From positions 930,001 through 994,000 of the forward strand of contig JAIVFI010000003.1 in assembly GCA_025558095.1 (NCBI GenBank): a DNA stretch of 64,000 nucleotides, read 5' to 3'. The stretch is from Hyaloraphidium curvatum SAG 235-1 (taxonomy: Eukaryota; Fungi; Monoblepharomycota). The notes under the pieces are model-generated. The model saw nothing but the letters and a program-made list of their open reading frames with translations, did not search any database and was not told where the DNA came from. This document shows, piece by piece, positions 11,631-23,458 of the stretch (positions within the stretch are counted from its first letter, which is position 1; each line of letters begins with the position of its first letter). The translations under genes and the position numbers were made by a program.

Positions 11631-13610
11631 ATGCCGCCGAAAAAGAAGCTCGCCGAGCTGCGTCCCGCGCCTTCGAAGGCGCCGTCGACGCCGATGACGC
11701 GGCCGCCCACGCTCGAGGACCGAGACAAGGCCCGGCTCCGCATGTGGGTCGCCGCAAACACCGCCCATCCCCCCCGCTGACCGCTCCATGCCCACCCTGC
11801 CAGCACCGACACGCTGCTCGCCTTTCTCCCTCTGGAGCTCCGCGCGGCCGCCGCCCACAACGCGCAGCACGAGGCGCGTCACCTCGAGGCGAGCCACTTC
11901 AAAGCGCACGGCGCGACGCTCGGCTCGTACCTCCGCGCCATGCCCGAGCTCAAGAAGAAAATCGGAGGCGACGCGGGTCTCATCGATCGGCTCGCCGGCG
12001 GGGCGAGGGAGCGGAGCAGCAGCCCGTCCAGGAGCGCGAGCAGGAGCCCGTCGCGGCTGTCCAGCGCAGGGGGTTCGAGGAGCCCGTCGAAGCCAGCCAG
12101 CAGGAGCCCCTCGAAACCTTCGAGCAGGAGCCCGACAAGGAGCCCGAGTCGGAGCACGAGCAGGGGGTGGCACGAGAAGAGGGGAGAGAACGGGAACATC
12201 CCTGGTGCCGTGCAAGAAGGCGTCGAAGATGCGCATGCCGAGGACCAGGGAGAGACGGCAACCGTTGCTGTCCAGCACGATGCTGCGCCCGTGCAGGCCG
12301 TGCAGTCGGACGAGGTCGCTCTCTCCACGGACATGCAGAAGGCCGAGGAGCACGTGATTGCGGGCCCTGCGCAGGACCAGGAGACGAACAACTCCTCGGC
12401 CGTCGCTGCTGCACAGCAAGACGCACAGGAGGACCTCGCCGTCGGAGACGAGGATACTGCCGCCGCCGTGTACGACGACGCACTGGACCGCGCGCAGGTC
12501 CAGGAAGAGCTCGTTCCGCAGAAGGATGAAGAAACCCCACTCACCGAGCACAGCGGCATTCCGGTCGAAGAGATCGAGGACATCCCCGAACCGCACAGCG
12601 AAACCGGTTTCGCTTCGCCCGTTCTTCCTGCCCTCTTCAGCTTCGACGAATGCGACGAGATGCGCATGCGGTATGCCGCCGCGCACTCGATCCTCGCGTC
12701 TGCCCCCGCCTCGCACACCGGACCCCTCGTCGCTGCCCGCGAATCCGCCTGCGCGGCCATGCAGGAGTGCGCCGCCGCGTTCGCGGGGGTCTCGGCCGGA
12801 CTGGCGTTGGAAGGCGAGGTCGCGGCGGCGGTCGACGCGGCGCGGGCGGCTTCGGCGAGAGCGTTCGACGTCGTGCTCGAGTTCTCGAACGCGGTGAGGG
12901 AGGCGCAGCAGGAGCTGCCAACGGAGGGAATGGGGACGCTCGAGACGCTGCAGGCGGAGCTGGCGGCTTTCCACGAACAGCGAGCGATGCTGCGGACTTC
13001 GATCGAGGTGCTGCGCGTGCTGAACGGGGAGCTCTCGGGGAACGAAACCACGACCGGCCAGGAGCAGGCTGGGGACATGCAGATGCCGGGGATCGGATTG
13101 CAGGAAGAGGCAGTGGCGTTGCAAATCTCTGCCGAGACCGTGCAGCTCTCGATCGCCCCTATGGATGAGGAACTTGCAGCTGCCGAGCAAGATGCCACCA
13201 AGGAAACGATGCAGGAGCTTCCTGGCCCGGAGGACGAGGCACTCACCCCGCTGACCGCTGTCGCGGAGGTGGAGGAAAAGGCCGCGCCAGCCATCGAAGT
13301 CAGCGAGGCCCCCAGTGCGCAGCTCGTCACCGATCCGGAGCCCGCCAAGGTCGAGGAGGAGCCGGCGACCCCCGACACCGCGGGCACGTCGTACGAGGAG
13401 GACGCCGGGCCCGAGGAGGAGAAGCAAGCGCCGCAGCAGGAGACGGAGCGAACGGGCCTCGAGCTCGGGGACATCGTCGTCGTGGCGATGATCCCGCTCA
13501 TGATGTGGGTCGCCCACGTCGTCGGCAGCTGGGTTGAAGGGCTGATCTTGTTTCTCAGCTTCGTCTCGGTGCTCAGGAGGGTGCTGGACTACGCCGAGGC
13601 GAGGGTGTGA
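11631..13610 (+). CDS. Hypothetical protein: N-terminal helical (KIX-like?) domain, SR/SP repeats, acidic region, C-terminal membrane anchor
   Basis: ATG at 11631; intron 11744-11803 joins it to the ORF 11940..13610 frame. Hydrophobic C-terminus (IVVVAMIPLMMWVAHVVGSWVEGLILFLSFVSVL). Confidence 0.7.
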
Positions 13611-14067
13611 AGATCGGATCCGACAGGGAGCGGTGGGCTGGCATGGCAGAGAGCCTCTTGCAGCGGGGATCCGGGGCCGAATGGGTTGAAGAGCCGCCTA
13701 GATAGATTTCAGACGGTTCTGATGGACGCCCCAGCAGTGTTGGCTGAATGTTTTCTGTAGTCCGAATGCAGGTCTAGCGGCCCGATAGCGCAAACCGCTA
13801 AGGCCATCGTTTCCACGCGCAACCACCAACCGGGTTCCCCAGGCTGCCGCGGGCCTAGCGGCGCCTTTTTCGGCGGGCTCCAATCGCCGCCTTCACCCCA
13901 TCGTGCGTGCCGAGCGCGCGGCGCGGCGGATCTGCGGGGGACCGTGCGCGAGCTCCTTTTCGGGCGACGCTCTCGCGGCTGCCCGCCGACACCGCTCCGC
14001 ACGGTCCGCGGGATCCGCCGGCGCCCGACTTGCGGCCGCGGGCTGACGGCTCTCCGCGCAGGCGGCC

Positions 14068-17022
14068 ATGGCGACCCCATCCGCGCACGCGCCGGCGCAC
14101 CACTCGCCGGACGATTCGTCCGACGACGACGACCTCGACGACCTCGACCCGGCCGCCGGGCAGGCCAAGAAGAAGAAGTCGAAGAAGAAGAAGAAGCCCG
14201 CCGCGCAGGCGCAGCCCGGCCTGGCGCCGCCGCCGCAGGGCAAGGCAAAGGACGTGTGGTACAAGTCGCCCACGGACGAGCGGCACCGCATCCGCGAGTA
14301 CTGGCTCGGCCTGACCGAGGAGGAGCGGCGGAAGCTGGTGCGGCTCGAGAAGGAGAGCGTGCTCAAGAAGATGAAGGAGCAGGGCAGGCACACCTGCCAG
14401 TGCTCCGTGTGCGGGCGCAAGAGGTGGGCGCTCCGGGCCCTCGCCGGGCGTGCGGCGCTGACCCCGTCCCGCCCGTTGCGCGTCTCGTTCGTTCCTGCGG
14501 CGACCGATCCGCCAGGCACGTCATCGAGGAGGAGCTCGAGCTGCTCTACGACGCCTACTACGAGGAGCTCGAGAACTTTGCCAAGACGGCCCCCACGGCG
14601 CCCAACGCCGCCACGGCCACCTCCTCCGCGGGCATCCCCTTCCCGTTTTCCGACCAGCCGGCGCCGATCCCGACGTCGCGCCCGCACAGGCACCACCACC
14701 ACCACCATCCGCACGGGCACCATCACCACCACGGGCACCACCATCACGACGATGAGAGCGCCAGCGGGAGCGAGGACGAGAGCGGGAGCGAGTACGGGAG
14801 CCACGGCGGGAGCACCCACGGGAGCACGGGGGAGCACAGGCCGCATGGGGCGACTCTTGGGCTCGACCTCATCGGCGGCGGGATGACCGTCAAGGGTGGG
14901 TTGCCAAATATGCTCGCTTGCGGCTCTCTACCCAGCAAACTCACATTTCGCCCCGTGTCAGGCGGCCTGCTCACCATGGCCGACGATTTCCTCAAGAACG
15001 ACGGGCGCAAGTTCCTCGACCTCATGGAGCAGCTCGCCGAGCGCAAGATCCGGCAGCTGGACGCCGAGTCGGGCGCCGGGGGCGACGCGGGGTCAGCGGC
15101 GAGCGCGGCCGAGAACGGGTACGACGAGGAGGAGTCGGGCGAGGAGGACTACGAGGACGACGAATACGACGAGGAGGTGCGTCTTGTTCGCCTTGCGGTG
15201 CGGCGTGGCGACGCGTTGATCGGCGCTGATTGCGCACCGCGCTCCGCAGGACTCCATGACCGAGGAGCAGCGCATGGAGGAGGGCCGCCGCATGTTCCAG
15301 ATCTTCGCCGCCAAGATGTTCGAGCAGCGCGTCCTCGCCGCCTACCGCGAAAAGGTCGCGCTGGAGCGGCAGCAGCGCCTCTTCGAGGAGCTCGAGGAGG
15401 AGGAGCGTGCGCAGGCCGAGCGCGAGATCTCGCGGGCGCGCAAGAACGAGAAGAAGAAGGCCAAGATTAAGGCGGAGAAGCAGAAGCGGGACGAGGAAAA
15501 GAAGGAGCTCGAGCGGCAGAAGGCAGAGGAGGAGAGCAGGGCCAAGGAGGAGGAGGAGCGCAGGCGCCGCGACCGGGAGGAGCGCGAGCGGGCGGAAAAG
15601 GCCAAGAAGGACGAGGAGCGGCGCAAGCGCGAGGAGGAGGAGGCGCGCAAGCGGGAGGAGCAGGCGCGCAAGGAGCGGGAGAAGAAGGAGCGGGCGGACA
15701 AGGCGCGCAAGGAGAAGGAGGATCGCGAGGCCAAGGTGCGCGAGGCCAAGGAGCGCGAGGAGAAGGAGAAGGCCGCCAAGGCCGAGGCCGAGAGGCGCGA
15801 GCGCGAGGACAAGGAACGGGAGGAGCGCGAGCGCAAGGAGGCCGAGGAGGCCAGCAGGGCGGCGGCCGCGCCGGCCAAGGCAGCCGCGCCGGCGCCCGTC
15901 GCGCCACAGCCGCAGCGGCCGGCGCAAGGGGTGCCCGGGCAGCCGCCGGTGAGGCCGATCATGGTCAACCCGAACCGGAGCCCGCGTCCGGCCGGGTCCG
16001 TGCGGCCGGCGCCGCCGGTTCGACCCGTGGTCGCGGCTCTCGCGCAGCCTGGGCGCCCTCCGGCCAGGCCGGTGGTCGGCGCGAGGCCGCATGCTCCGAT
16101 CCAGCCCGCGGTGGCATACCCTGGTGCGAGGCCGCCTGCGGGTCCTCCGCAGGGGCCCGGCGCGGTGCGCTACCCGCAGCCCGGGGCCAGGCCGCCTGTT
16201 CCGCCTGCGCAGGCGGCGCCGCTGCCGCTTTCTACCTCGCCGCTGCCCCTTTCGACGTCGCCGCTCCCGCCGGCGCCCAGGCCCGCCGCCGCTCCCATCG
16301 GTGCTGGCAGGCCGGTGCAGGCGCCTCCCGCTCCGATCGGCGCGGGCAGGCAGACGGCCTCGCCGACGCCTCACCTGCCTACCCCGAAGCCCATCGGCCC
16401 TCCCAGGCCGTCCTCGGACTCTTTGGGCGGCTCGGCCGCCCTGGATGCAGCCCAAGGGGGCGCACAGGGCGAGCACACTTCCGGGTCGGACGATTCCGCC
16501 GCGGCGGGCGGGACTTCGCAGGCGCAGGACGAGGTCTGGAAGCTTTCCGCTCTCGGCGGCGAGATCGTCGAGCGCCCCAAGCACGGGATCGGGCAGGCTC
16601 CCGTCGCCGCGCCCATGCCCTCCGGGCACGTGGTCCGGCCCGCCGCCTTTTTCGACATCTTTGGCGGCGGTGCCGGGGCCCCCGTGGCCGTCAACGGCGC
16701 TTCCGCGGGTCTGCCGTCCCCCATGGCCAATGGCGCAGGGGCGCCGATCGGCGCGCAGCCGCGCATGCCCACGACCACCTCGGGCGTCGCGCAGCTGACG
16801 GGGATCGGATCCGGCCTCAGCCTTTCGCCGCTCCTGGGCACGGGCCTGGGGGCGATCGCAACCCCGGCGGGCGTCGGAGTGCCCGACATCTGGGGCCCCT
16901 CGACGGGCTCCGTGTCGTGGTCGGCGGCGCCGACGGGGCAGGCGCTCGGGTTCGCGCCGGGGTACGGGAGGCCGCCGGCCAGGCCGCAGCAGGCGCCTGG
17001 GACGAGGCCGGCCGGTTGGTGA
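14068..17022 (+). CDS. NST1: Stress response protein NST1
   Basis: Motifs [85 protein letters not shown] and [26 protein letters not shown]. Introns at 14424-14515, 14896-14961 and 15177-15249. Confidence 0.93.
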
Positions 17023-17299
17023 GACACGATGTACACATTGGCATCACGAAGGGAGGCGGCCCGAGGGGTGTGGCCGGGTTGTTCTACGATCGTTACTGCG
17101 TGTCCAGGTCGAGAGAGGCCTTCATTTCAAAGGCGGCATTCATTTCGTGCCTTCGTTTCGTCACCACGTACCGCCTGAATTGATCGGTTGTGACGCCATC
17201 CCTTGGACCCATTTTTCACGCGCCACGCACCTCTCGCGACCATCCCGCGCAGAGGAGAGCAGTTACGCGTCGTTTGGCCGCGCGGACCCGCTCTTCGGC

Positions 17300-18511
17300 A
17301 TGGCATCGCTGCTCGGTCGCCGTGCCGTGGCCGTCCTGTTGTGGTGCCTGCTAGCCACGCTCCTTGTCGGCGCTGCCGATGCCGCGAAGAAAGGTTCCAA
17401 GAAGAAGCCCAAGCTTACGCCGTCGACCATCACGCCTTCCGAAGACGATGAGACGCTGCTGAATGCGCTCACGTGCGCCGACACCCAGTTCCTGTCCCTG
17501 ACCTGCAAGAAGACGAAGGGCACTGTGATCAGGATCACGCCGGACAGCATCGCTTTTGCCGGCGGCGACGCGTGCGCCCCGCCCGAGAGGAGATTGAAGA
17601 AGCGGGAGGACGACGACGACGACGACGAGGAAGAAAGCGACGAAGATCCGTGCGCTCTCGAGGACGAGGCCAAGAGCGCTGCGGTGGAGGCAGTGACCAA
17701 GAAGTGTGAGGGGAAGGTGTCCTGCAGCGGCCAAGTGAAGGATTTCGTCGCGATTCCGGAGGAATGCAAAGGAGGAGTGAGTCGCGAGGATGCGATGACG
17801 CTTACCGTCCCTGACCTACTTTCATACTGCTCCACAAGAACCTTGCGATTCAGTTCACGTGCAGCAAACCTGGAAAGAAGAAGCCAGGAAAAGCGGGAGG
17901 GGCCGGCCCAGGAGCCGGATCGGGCTCCGGCTCAGGAAGCGGATCGAGCTCAGGAAGCTCTACCGGACCCATCGCTCCCCCAGCGGACTCTGGCCGTGGT
18001 AAGTAACCTCACGGCCGTGCTTCACATTGTGTCTCTCAGTTCTAATGTATCCTTCTCAGGTACCTCAGGGTCGGACTCCAAGTGCTCCGGCATTGCGCCC
18101 GACCCATGGGCGACAGAGCAAGCGAGATTGTACATTGACCTCATGCGCCAACAGGAAGGGAAGCTCGGGTTCTACGGATGGGCGTGCTCTACAGGAACCA
18201 AGCCCGGCCGAGTCGTGTTGCAAGTTGTTTCGGCCTCGGACACGAAGGGGAGCGATCTCCAGGTGCTCCCAAAGTGTTACCGGAACGAGGACATTATTTT
18301 CAATGACGACGCGGCGGTGTGGGGCGCATGCGGTGGAGGCCCGGGGCCCATCTTTGGAATGCGATTCATGATCATCGTTCCGGTCACGCCAGATCTGGTA
18401 GGCCGGTTCGTCTCGGTCATTGCGCTGGACCCGGACAAGAAGCGAGGAAAGAACACCGGCTTCGGGCAGGATAAAGCAAGCGAGGGAAGTGACCCGCTGA
18501 AAGTCACTTGA
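17300..18511 (+). CDS. Secreted protein with SUEL/Gal_Lectin-like domain, G/S linker and C-terminal Ig-like beta domain
   Basis: Signal peptide MASLLGRRAVAVLLWCLLATLLVGAADA. Cys pattern C..LSLTC..VIRI..C..V..KCEGKVSC..C..LAIQFTC emerges after splicing introns 17777-17838 and 17999-18059. Confidence 0.7.
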   Translation: MASLLGRRAVAVLLWCLLATLLVGAADAAKKGSKKKPKLTPSTITPSEDDETLLNALTCADTQFLSLTCKKTKGTVIRITPDSIAFAGGDACAPPERRLKKREDDDDDDEEESDEDPCALEDEAKSAAVEAVTKKCEGKVSCSGQVKDFVAIPEECKGGVSREDAMTLTVPDLLSYCSTRTLRFSSRAANLERRSQEKREGPAQEPDRAPAQEADRAQEALPDPSLPQRTLAVVSNLTAVLHIVSLSSNVSFSGTSGSDSKCSGIAPDPWATEQARLYIDLMRQQEGKLGFYGWACSTGTKPGRVVLQVVSASDTKGSDLQVLPKCYRNEDIIFNDDAAVWGACGGGPGPIFGMRFMIIVPVTPDLVGRFVSVIALDPDKKRGKNTGFGQDKASEGSDPLKVT

Positions 18512-18841
18512 TTGCTTCGATGATATTCAGTCGTGTAAACTGCTACCGGGTTTAACGCCTGTAGTATACTCCTGGCGAATGGATGCTTGTTGGTTCCAAA
18601 GGCGGACCTAGGAGAGATGTTCCGACGATACGCCGACTCGAAGCTTGGGCAGGTCATTCATGTAGTGTCGTAGAGGGGGTCCGCTACATGTACGCCTGAA
18701 CAGCTAGCTCCTCATTACACACATGTTGGGCACTTTGAGGGGGCTGGAGGGTCGGCTATTCTCGCGGCCCGATATCTCCACGCCAACCCTCTTCTACATC
18801 GCACGCTACGTGCGCTCGTTGGCTCCCACATTCACGCGGCC

Positions 18842-19938
18842 ATGGCGACGCTATCAGCCGAGGGTGCCGTGGTCGAGGACGAACCGGCTGCCCCTGCCGG
18901 CCCCCGCGACCCCACCTTGATTTACTTCACGAACACCCTGTTCGACTCGGCCCCCGTCTCCGTGGGCGAGCCGTTCCCGTCTCTACCGGATCCTCCAGAC
19001 CAGAAAGTGCCTCCGCGGCCGCATTTCTTCCCGCTCCCGATCACCCTGTCGATGTCGCCGCGGCCGCCGATAAACCTCGTCCATCAACATGTCGGATGGG
19101 CGCTTCCCGAGAAATGGGAGTGGAATCCGAGGATGGCCATCCTGCGTGGCGATCCTTTTCATCTCCGCTATGATTATGGCAGCGAGGTCTTGTGGCAGCG
19201 GGGTCGATTGATGCTCGGCATGAACGTAAGCTGCTCGACAGCCTGATCGAGCTCTAGTCTGAATCCACGTCGCTTCAGGCCCAAGGACCGCCGGGGAACG
19301 GCCACGGTGGCAGTATAGCTGCTGTCTTGGACGACATGGTCGGCAACTTTGGCGCCAACGCCGCCATGCAGCTCCACATGGAGGGCAAGATCCAAAGCAT
19401 GCCCGAGTTTGCCCACATCCCGCCGGACACGCACACCTACATCGCGCGGGCGCTGGATCGTTACGACGCCTTGCCGGAGGCCGAACGCGCCCGGATCCCG
19501 ATTCATCCGGACCTGACCATCGACGGCCTCCGTACGTTGAGGGACAAGAGGCTGCCGTACACGCCGGCGGAGATTTCCTTCATCGTTCCCGTGCTCGCCA
19601 CATCCATGCGCCGCGGGGGCACCGGCAGGGATGGCTCGTCAGCACCCCCGTCGATCCTGGTGTCGGAAATCTCGTGCAAGCTGAAGCGAAGGATCCCGCT
19701 GCTGACGCGGCTCGCCGTCCGCGCCCGTCTGGCCGGCGTGGAGGGCAAGAGGATCAGGGTAGTTGCGGAGATCTGGGGGAAGAAGAATACGAGGATCAGC
19801 GCCCTCGAGGAGGACGTATCGGGCGGTTGGGAAGGGCACTGGGATGTGCTCCTCGCCGAGGGCAAGGGCACGTGCGTGATTCTCTACAACCCGGAGTTTA
19901 TGAATCCTAATAAGGGTAAAGGATCGGCAAAGATGTAG
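18842..19938 (+). CDS. HotDog-fold acyl-CoA thioesterase (THEM4/PaaI-like)
   Basis: After intron 19226-19278 the protein reads AQGPPGNGHGGSIAAVLDD; C-terminal strands EGKRIRVVAEI and LLAEGKG. Confidence 0.8.
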
Positions 19939-19966
19939 ACGAGACTTCTGTTTAACTTCTGAGGTC

Positions 19967-21162
19967 TCACAGTTTCGATATCACCGAGCTCCCAATCTTC
20001 GGATCCTTGACCTCCAAGAACGCCTTGCCAAAGTTGTCCCCAGACACCATCCCGGCCCAGTACGCCACCGCGTTCTCCAGCCCCTTCCGCCCGTCCTCCT
20101 TGAACTTGCCGAGGAACACCTTGCCCCCTCCCGTCCTCCTCCAGAACTCGTCGATGACCTGCCGCGAAGGTGAGCGCCCGATCGCCAGGACCAACGTCGC
20201 GCCCCGCCCACCTGCGCCCGCTTGTCGCGCACGCCGAACGAGCCCATTCTGATCCCGTTCTTCTTGAGCACCTCATGCGCCGCGGGGGAGAGCGGAGGAA
20301 CCGCAGACTGCGGCAGGTTGACGGACGAGATCCGGCCGCAGAGGCTAATCCTTGCCCCCTTGTTGGCGCGCAGGATCGCGGCCTCCAGGGTTGCCCCGCC
20401 GACATTGTCGAACATGAAATCAATGCCGTCCGGGCACAGCTCCGCGAGGGCTTCCGGCGTCGCGCGCTTCTTGTAGTTGAAAACCGCGTCGATCCCGAGG
20501 TTGTCCCGGAGGTAGGCGCACTTTTCGTCCGTGCCGGCCGAGCCCACGACCCGCAGGCCCGGGACGAGCATCTTGCACAGGACCACGACGCACTGCCCAA
20601 CAGCACCGGCAGCGCCCGAGACGAAGAGGGTCTCCCCGGAACGCGGCGGGTCGAAGTTGTGGAAGAGACCGACGAAGGCGGTGAGGCCGGGAGATCCCAA
20701 GGGCCCGACGTAGTAGCTCAGGGGCACGTTGCCGTCTCCTCCCTTCCCGTCGTCCGGGCAACCGACTATCATCCTGTAGACCTCCATCGCGTCGATCTGG
20801 TCCTTCCGCAGAATCTGGTAGTCGCTCCAGGCGGTCATGATGCTCGACACGACGCTCCCGGCCGGATATTTCGCGTTGCGCGACTTTAGAACCCTCGAGA
20901 CACCGTAGCCCTCGACAGGATCATTGAGCCGGAACGCGCCGTACTGCACGCCGGGCAACCACGTGCCCTTGCGCATGCGGTTGCGCATGTACGCGTCGAC
21001 CGAGATGTAGAGCGTCTCTAGGAGGATGTCGCCGTCCCCGAGCAAGCCCGGCGCGTCCGTGTCGAGCTCCGAGGTGGACAGTTTGAAATCCCGCTCCATG
21101 GAGGGCATGGTGCCCTCGGGCGGGTTGGAGACGAGGAGGATGGAGCGGTTCGCGAGCTTCAT
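19967..21162 (-). CDS. NADP-dependent alkenal/prostaglandin reductase (PTGR1/CurA-like MDR)
   Basis: Motifs TLYISVDAYMRNRM, PGLTAFVGL, FVSGAAGAVG, GIDFMFDNVGG and GDNFGK; intron 20159-20211. Confidence 0.92.
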
Positions 21163-21550
21163 CGCGACGATGTTTCGAGACGGTGTCTCCCGCGCCGAAA
21201 GCGGGCCGCAATCACGCGCACCGGTTCTCCCCCTGTTCGTTCTCTGAACTGGAAAGAGGAATAGGACGCACTTGATTGACTCGATTGATACAGGGTGCTG
21301 CACAGTACACTTTGCCCTTCGTCGCGGCGGGACGAGGTGGGCCGATCTCCCAGATTCACAGTCATTTGTCGATGTCGAGGTCGAGTTCATTCGAAGCCGT
21401 CAGGTAGCACATGTCCATTTGTCCGCGTCTGTCCATGTTTTTGTGGGTATGCTAGAGAATGCTGAGGTAAGCACGATGCGGAACGAAGGAACGGACCCGG
21501 GGGTGCGCACTCGTGATGTTGTCCAGGGCAGGGGTCGGGGTGTCGAAGAC

Positions 21551-22257
21551 TTAAAACAGGAGATCGCCGTCGGCCGCGGGGTCCGCGGTTTCCCAGGAAG
21601 CGGGCGAAACGGCGACGGCCGTCAGCCGGCCGTTGCGTGGGTCGTTTGCATGCATGCGCGGGGTTTTGAGGGTGACTACCGAAGTGCGGGCCTGGACATG
21701 CTCGCTTTGGTTGGCGGACATCCAGCCGGACGGACCGGCTGCGCTTGCTTGGCCAGCGGCAATCGCCGGACGCACCATTATCAAGGTCCCTTGGTTTGCG
21801 GCGGCGAGATCCGCGTCGTGAAGGAACGCCTCCAGCGATTCCAGCACGACGGACGTTGTCGAAAGCTGGCGATGGTCCCCGGCATTCCCCAGCGGGTAAT
21901 GCACGTGGACGACGATGCTGACCCCCGGAAGCGCTTCGCGCGGGTCGGGGGCGGGACGGTCTTGGCCCCTAGTGGTGTGCTTGCTCCCGTACGGGTGGTG
22001 CCGATCCCCGGTAAAGTGGCGGCGAGCGACCGTCGGCGACACATCCGGTTTATTCCAACCGGACATTTCTGGCGATAGCGGCGGCGTCGGAAGGCCGTCC
22101 CGGGTGGGGTGATGCGCGCAGTGGCGCCAACCCTGCTCCTCTGCACGGCCGCGTCGAGCGCGGCCGGGTCGTCTTTCAGCGCGCGGATGGCGGCGACGGT
22201 GAGCCCGCCGCGATAAACGCGGGGGTTTGCCGGCGCGCGGTCGGCCGCGCGGGACAT
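21551..22257 (-). CDS. Possible hypothetical gene or degraded gene; structure unresolved
   Basis: Protein-like segments occur in two frames (ORFs 21781..22257 and 21551..22531). A candidate 63-nt intron at 22069-22131 does not join them. Confidence 0.25.
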
Positions 22258-22812
22258 TGCTAGTTTGCTGGTCCGGATGTCCGGTTCCCAGATGTCCAGG
22301 TTCCGAGCAGTGCCGCAGCGGGCCGTGGCGGATGGCCGACGGTGGCGATGTCGCGATGGCGCTGCTTGCTTGCTGCGGTGCGCGGAGGCGATCTTTTGTC
22401 GAGTCCTGATTGTCTTGTCCCGCGAGGAGTGATGGGGTGGACGCAGCGCGGATCGAGATTGGGCTCGATGAAAGTCGCGCGGATGGATCTAGCCTTCCCG
22501 TTTCGCGTCCCAGAGCTCTGATGAATTGCATGCTATGATTGCTGGGCCCAACCGCCGGGATTCCATCGAACTAAGCGGGCATTCTCACGGCGGCCATCGC
22601 AGAGCTCACCCGTGCCGTCGGGCCCCTTTCCAGGCGCCATCACGCCCATCAAAGATAGGCAACGAGCTTTTTTTGTATTGTACATTATCATGCGGCTTCA
22701 GAGCGCCAGTTCCGGAGGATCGGCAATGAGGAGCGAGCTGGACCGACGGTCTTTTGAGACTTGAGACGCCCCGCAAGCTCATTGCTCTCCTGAAGCGTCT
22801 TGTAGACCCGCC

Positions 22813-23220
22813 ATGGCCGTCGCGGACGCGCTCTTCTCCGAGGACACGCCGCTCTGGGTGCCGGTCGCGGCCTTCCTCACGCTCTACGCCTCGTCAATCC
22901 TCGCGCTCTGGACGCTCTCCGCACCCGTCCTCTTCCTCCTCATCGCCCTCGCCTCGGCCTTCTTCTTCGGCGGCCAGCTCGTCTCGCGCGGCATCGATCT
23001 CCAGCGGGACCTCGGCGCCGCGGCCCTCAGCCTCTTTTACGGCGCGGGCATGTTGACCCTTGTTCGGACCGTCGGAGCGGGCTGGCTCGCGCTGGGCGGG
23101 ATCCTCGGCTCCGCGATGGTCGCGGGCTACGCTGTTTCGCGCAAGGCCGCGGATCGGGACCGGGCGGCGAGGTGGGCGTCGTACGCCCCCCCTTCGGAGT
23201 TTGCGAGGCGGTCTTGGTGA
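22813..23220 (+). CDS. Small multi-pass membrane protein
   Basis: 135-aa ORF with about 4 hydrophobic helices and a good ATG context (gccATGg). Confidence 0.7.
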   Translation: MAVADALFSEDTPLWVPVAAFLTLYASSILALWTLSAPVLFLLIALASAFFFGGQLVSRGIDLQRDLGAAALSLFYGAGMLTLVRTVGAGWLALGGILGSAMVAGYAVSRKAADRDRAARWASYAPPSEFARRSW

Positions 23221-23458
23221 TCTGACGGGGAAGGGGTGCTGGAACTTGGGCTTGACGTGCTCGATGGCCGTGCGTGGCGATGCGGACGCGGAAGAGGGAC
23301 TGAGGCAGCAAGTGTGCTTTCATTCGCTGGTGGGCATGGCGTCCCGGATGTAGAATCGACTTCAATCGGATCCGGCAAGGGAGAGGGTTGCTCATTCAAT
23401 TCCATTCGCCTACATCGGCGACCCAATAACCATCCACCGTCCAAATCGGAGCCCCTGG

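Noticed and set aside
21272-22078. 268-aa plus-strand ORF
   Set aside because: No motif and no convincing start; it overlaps equally weak minus-strand ORFs.
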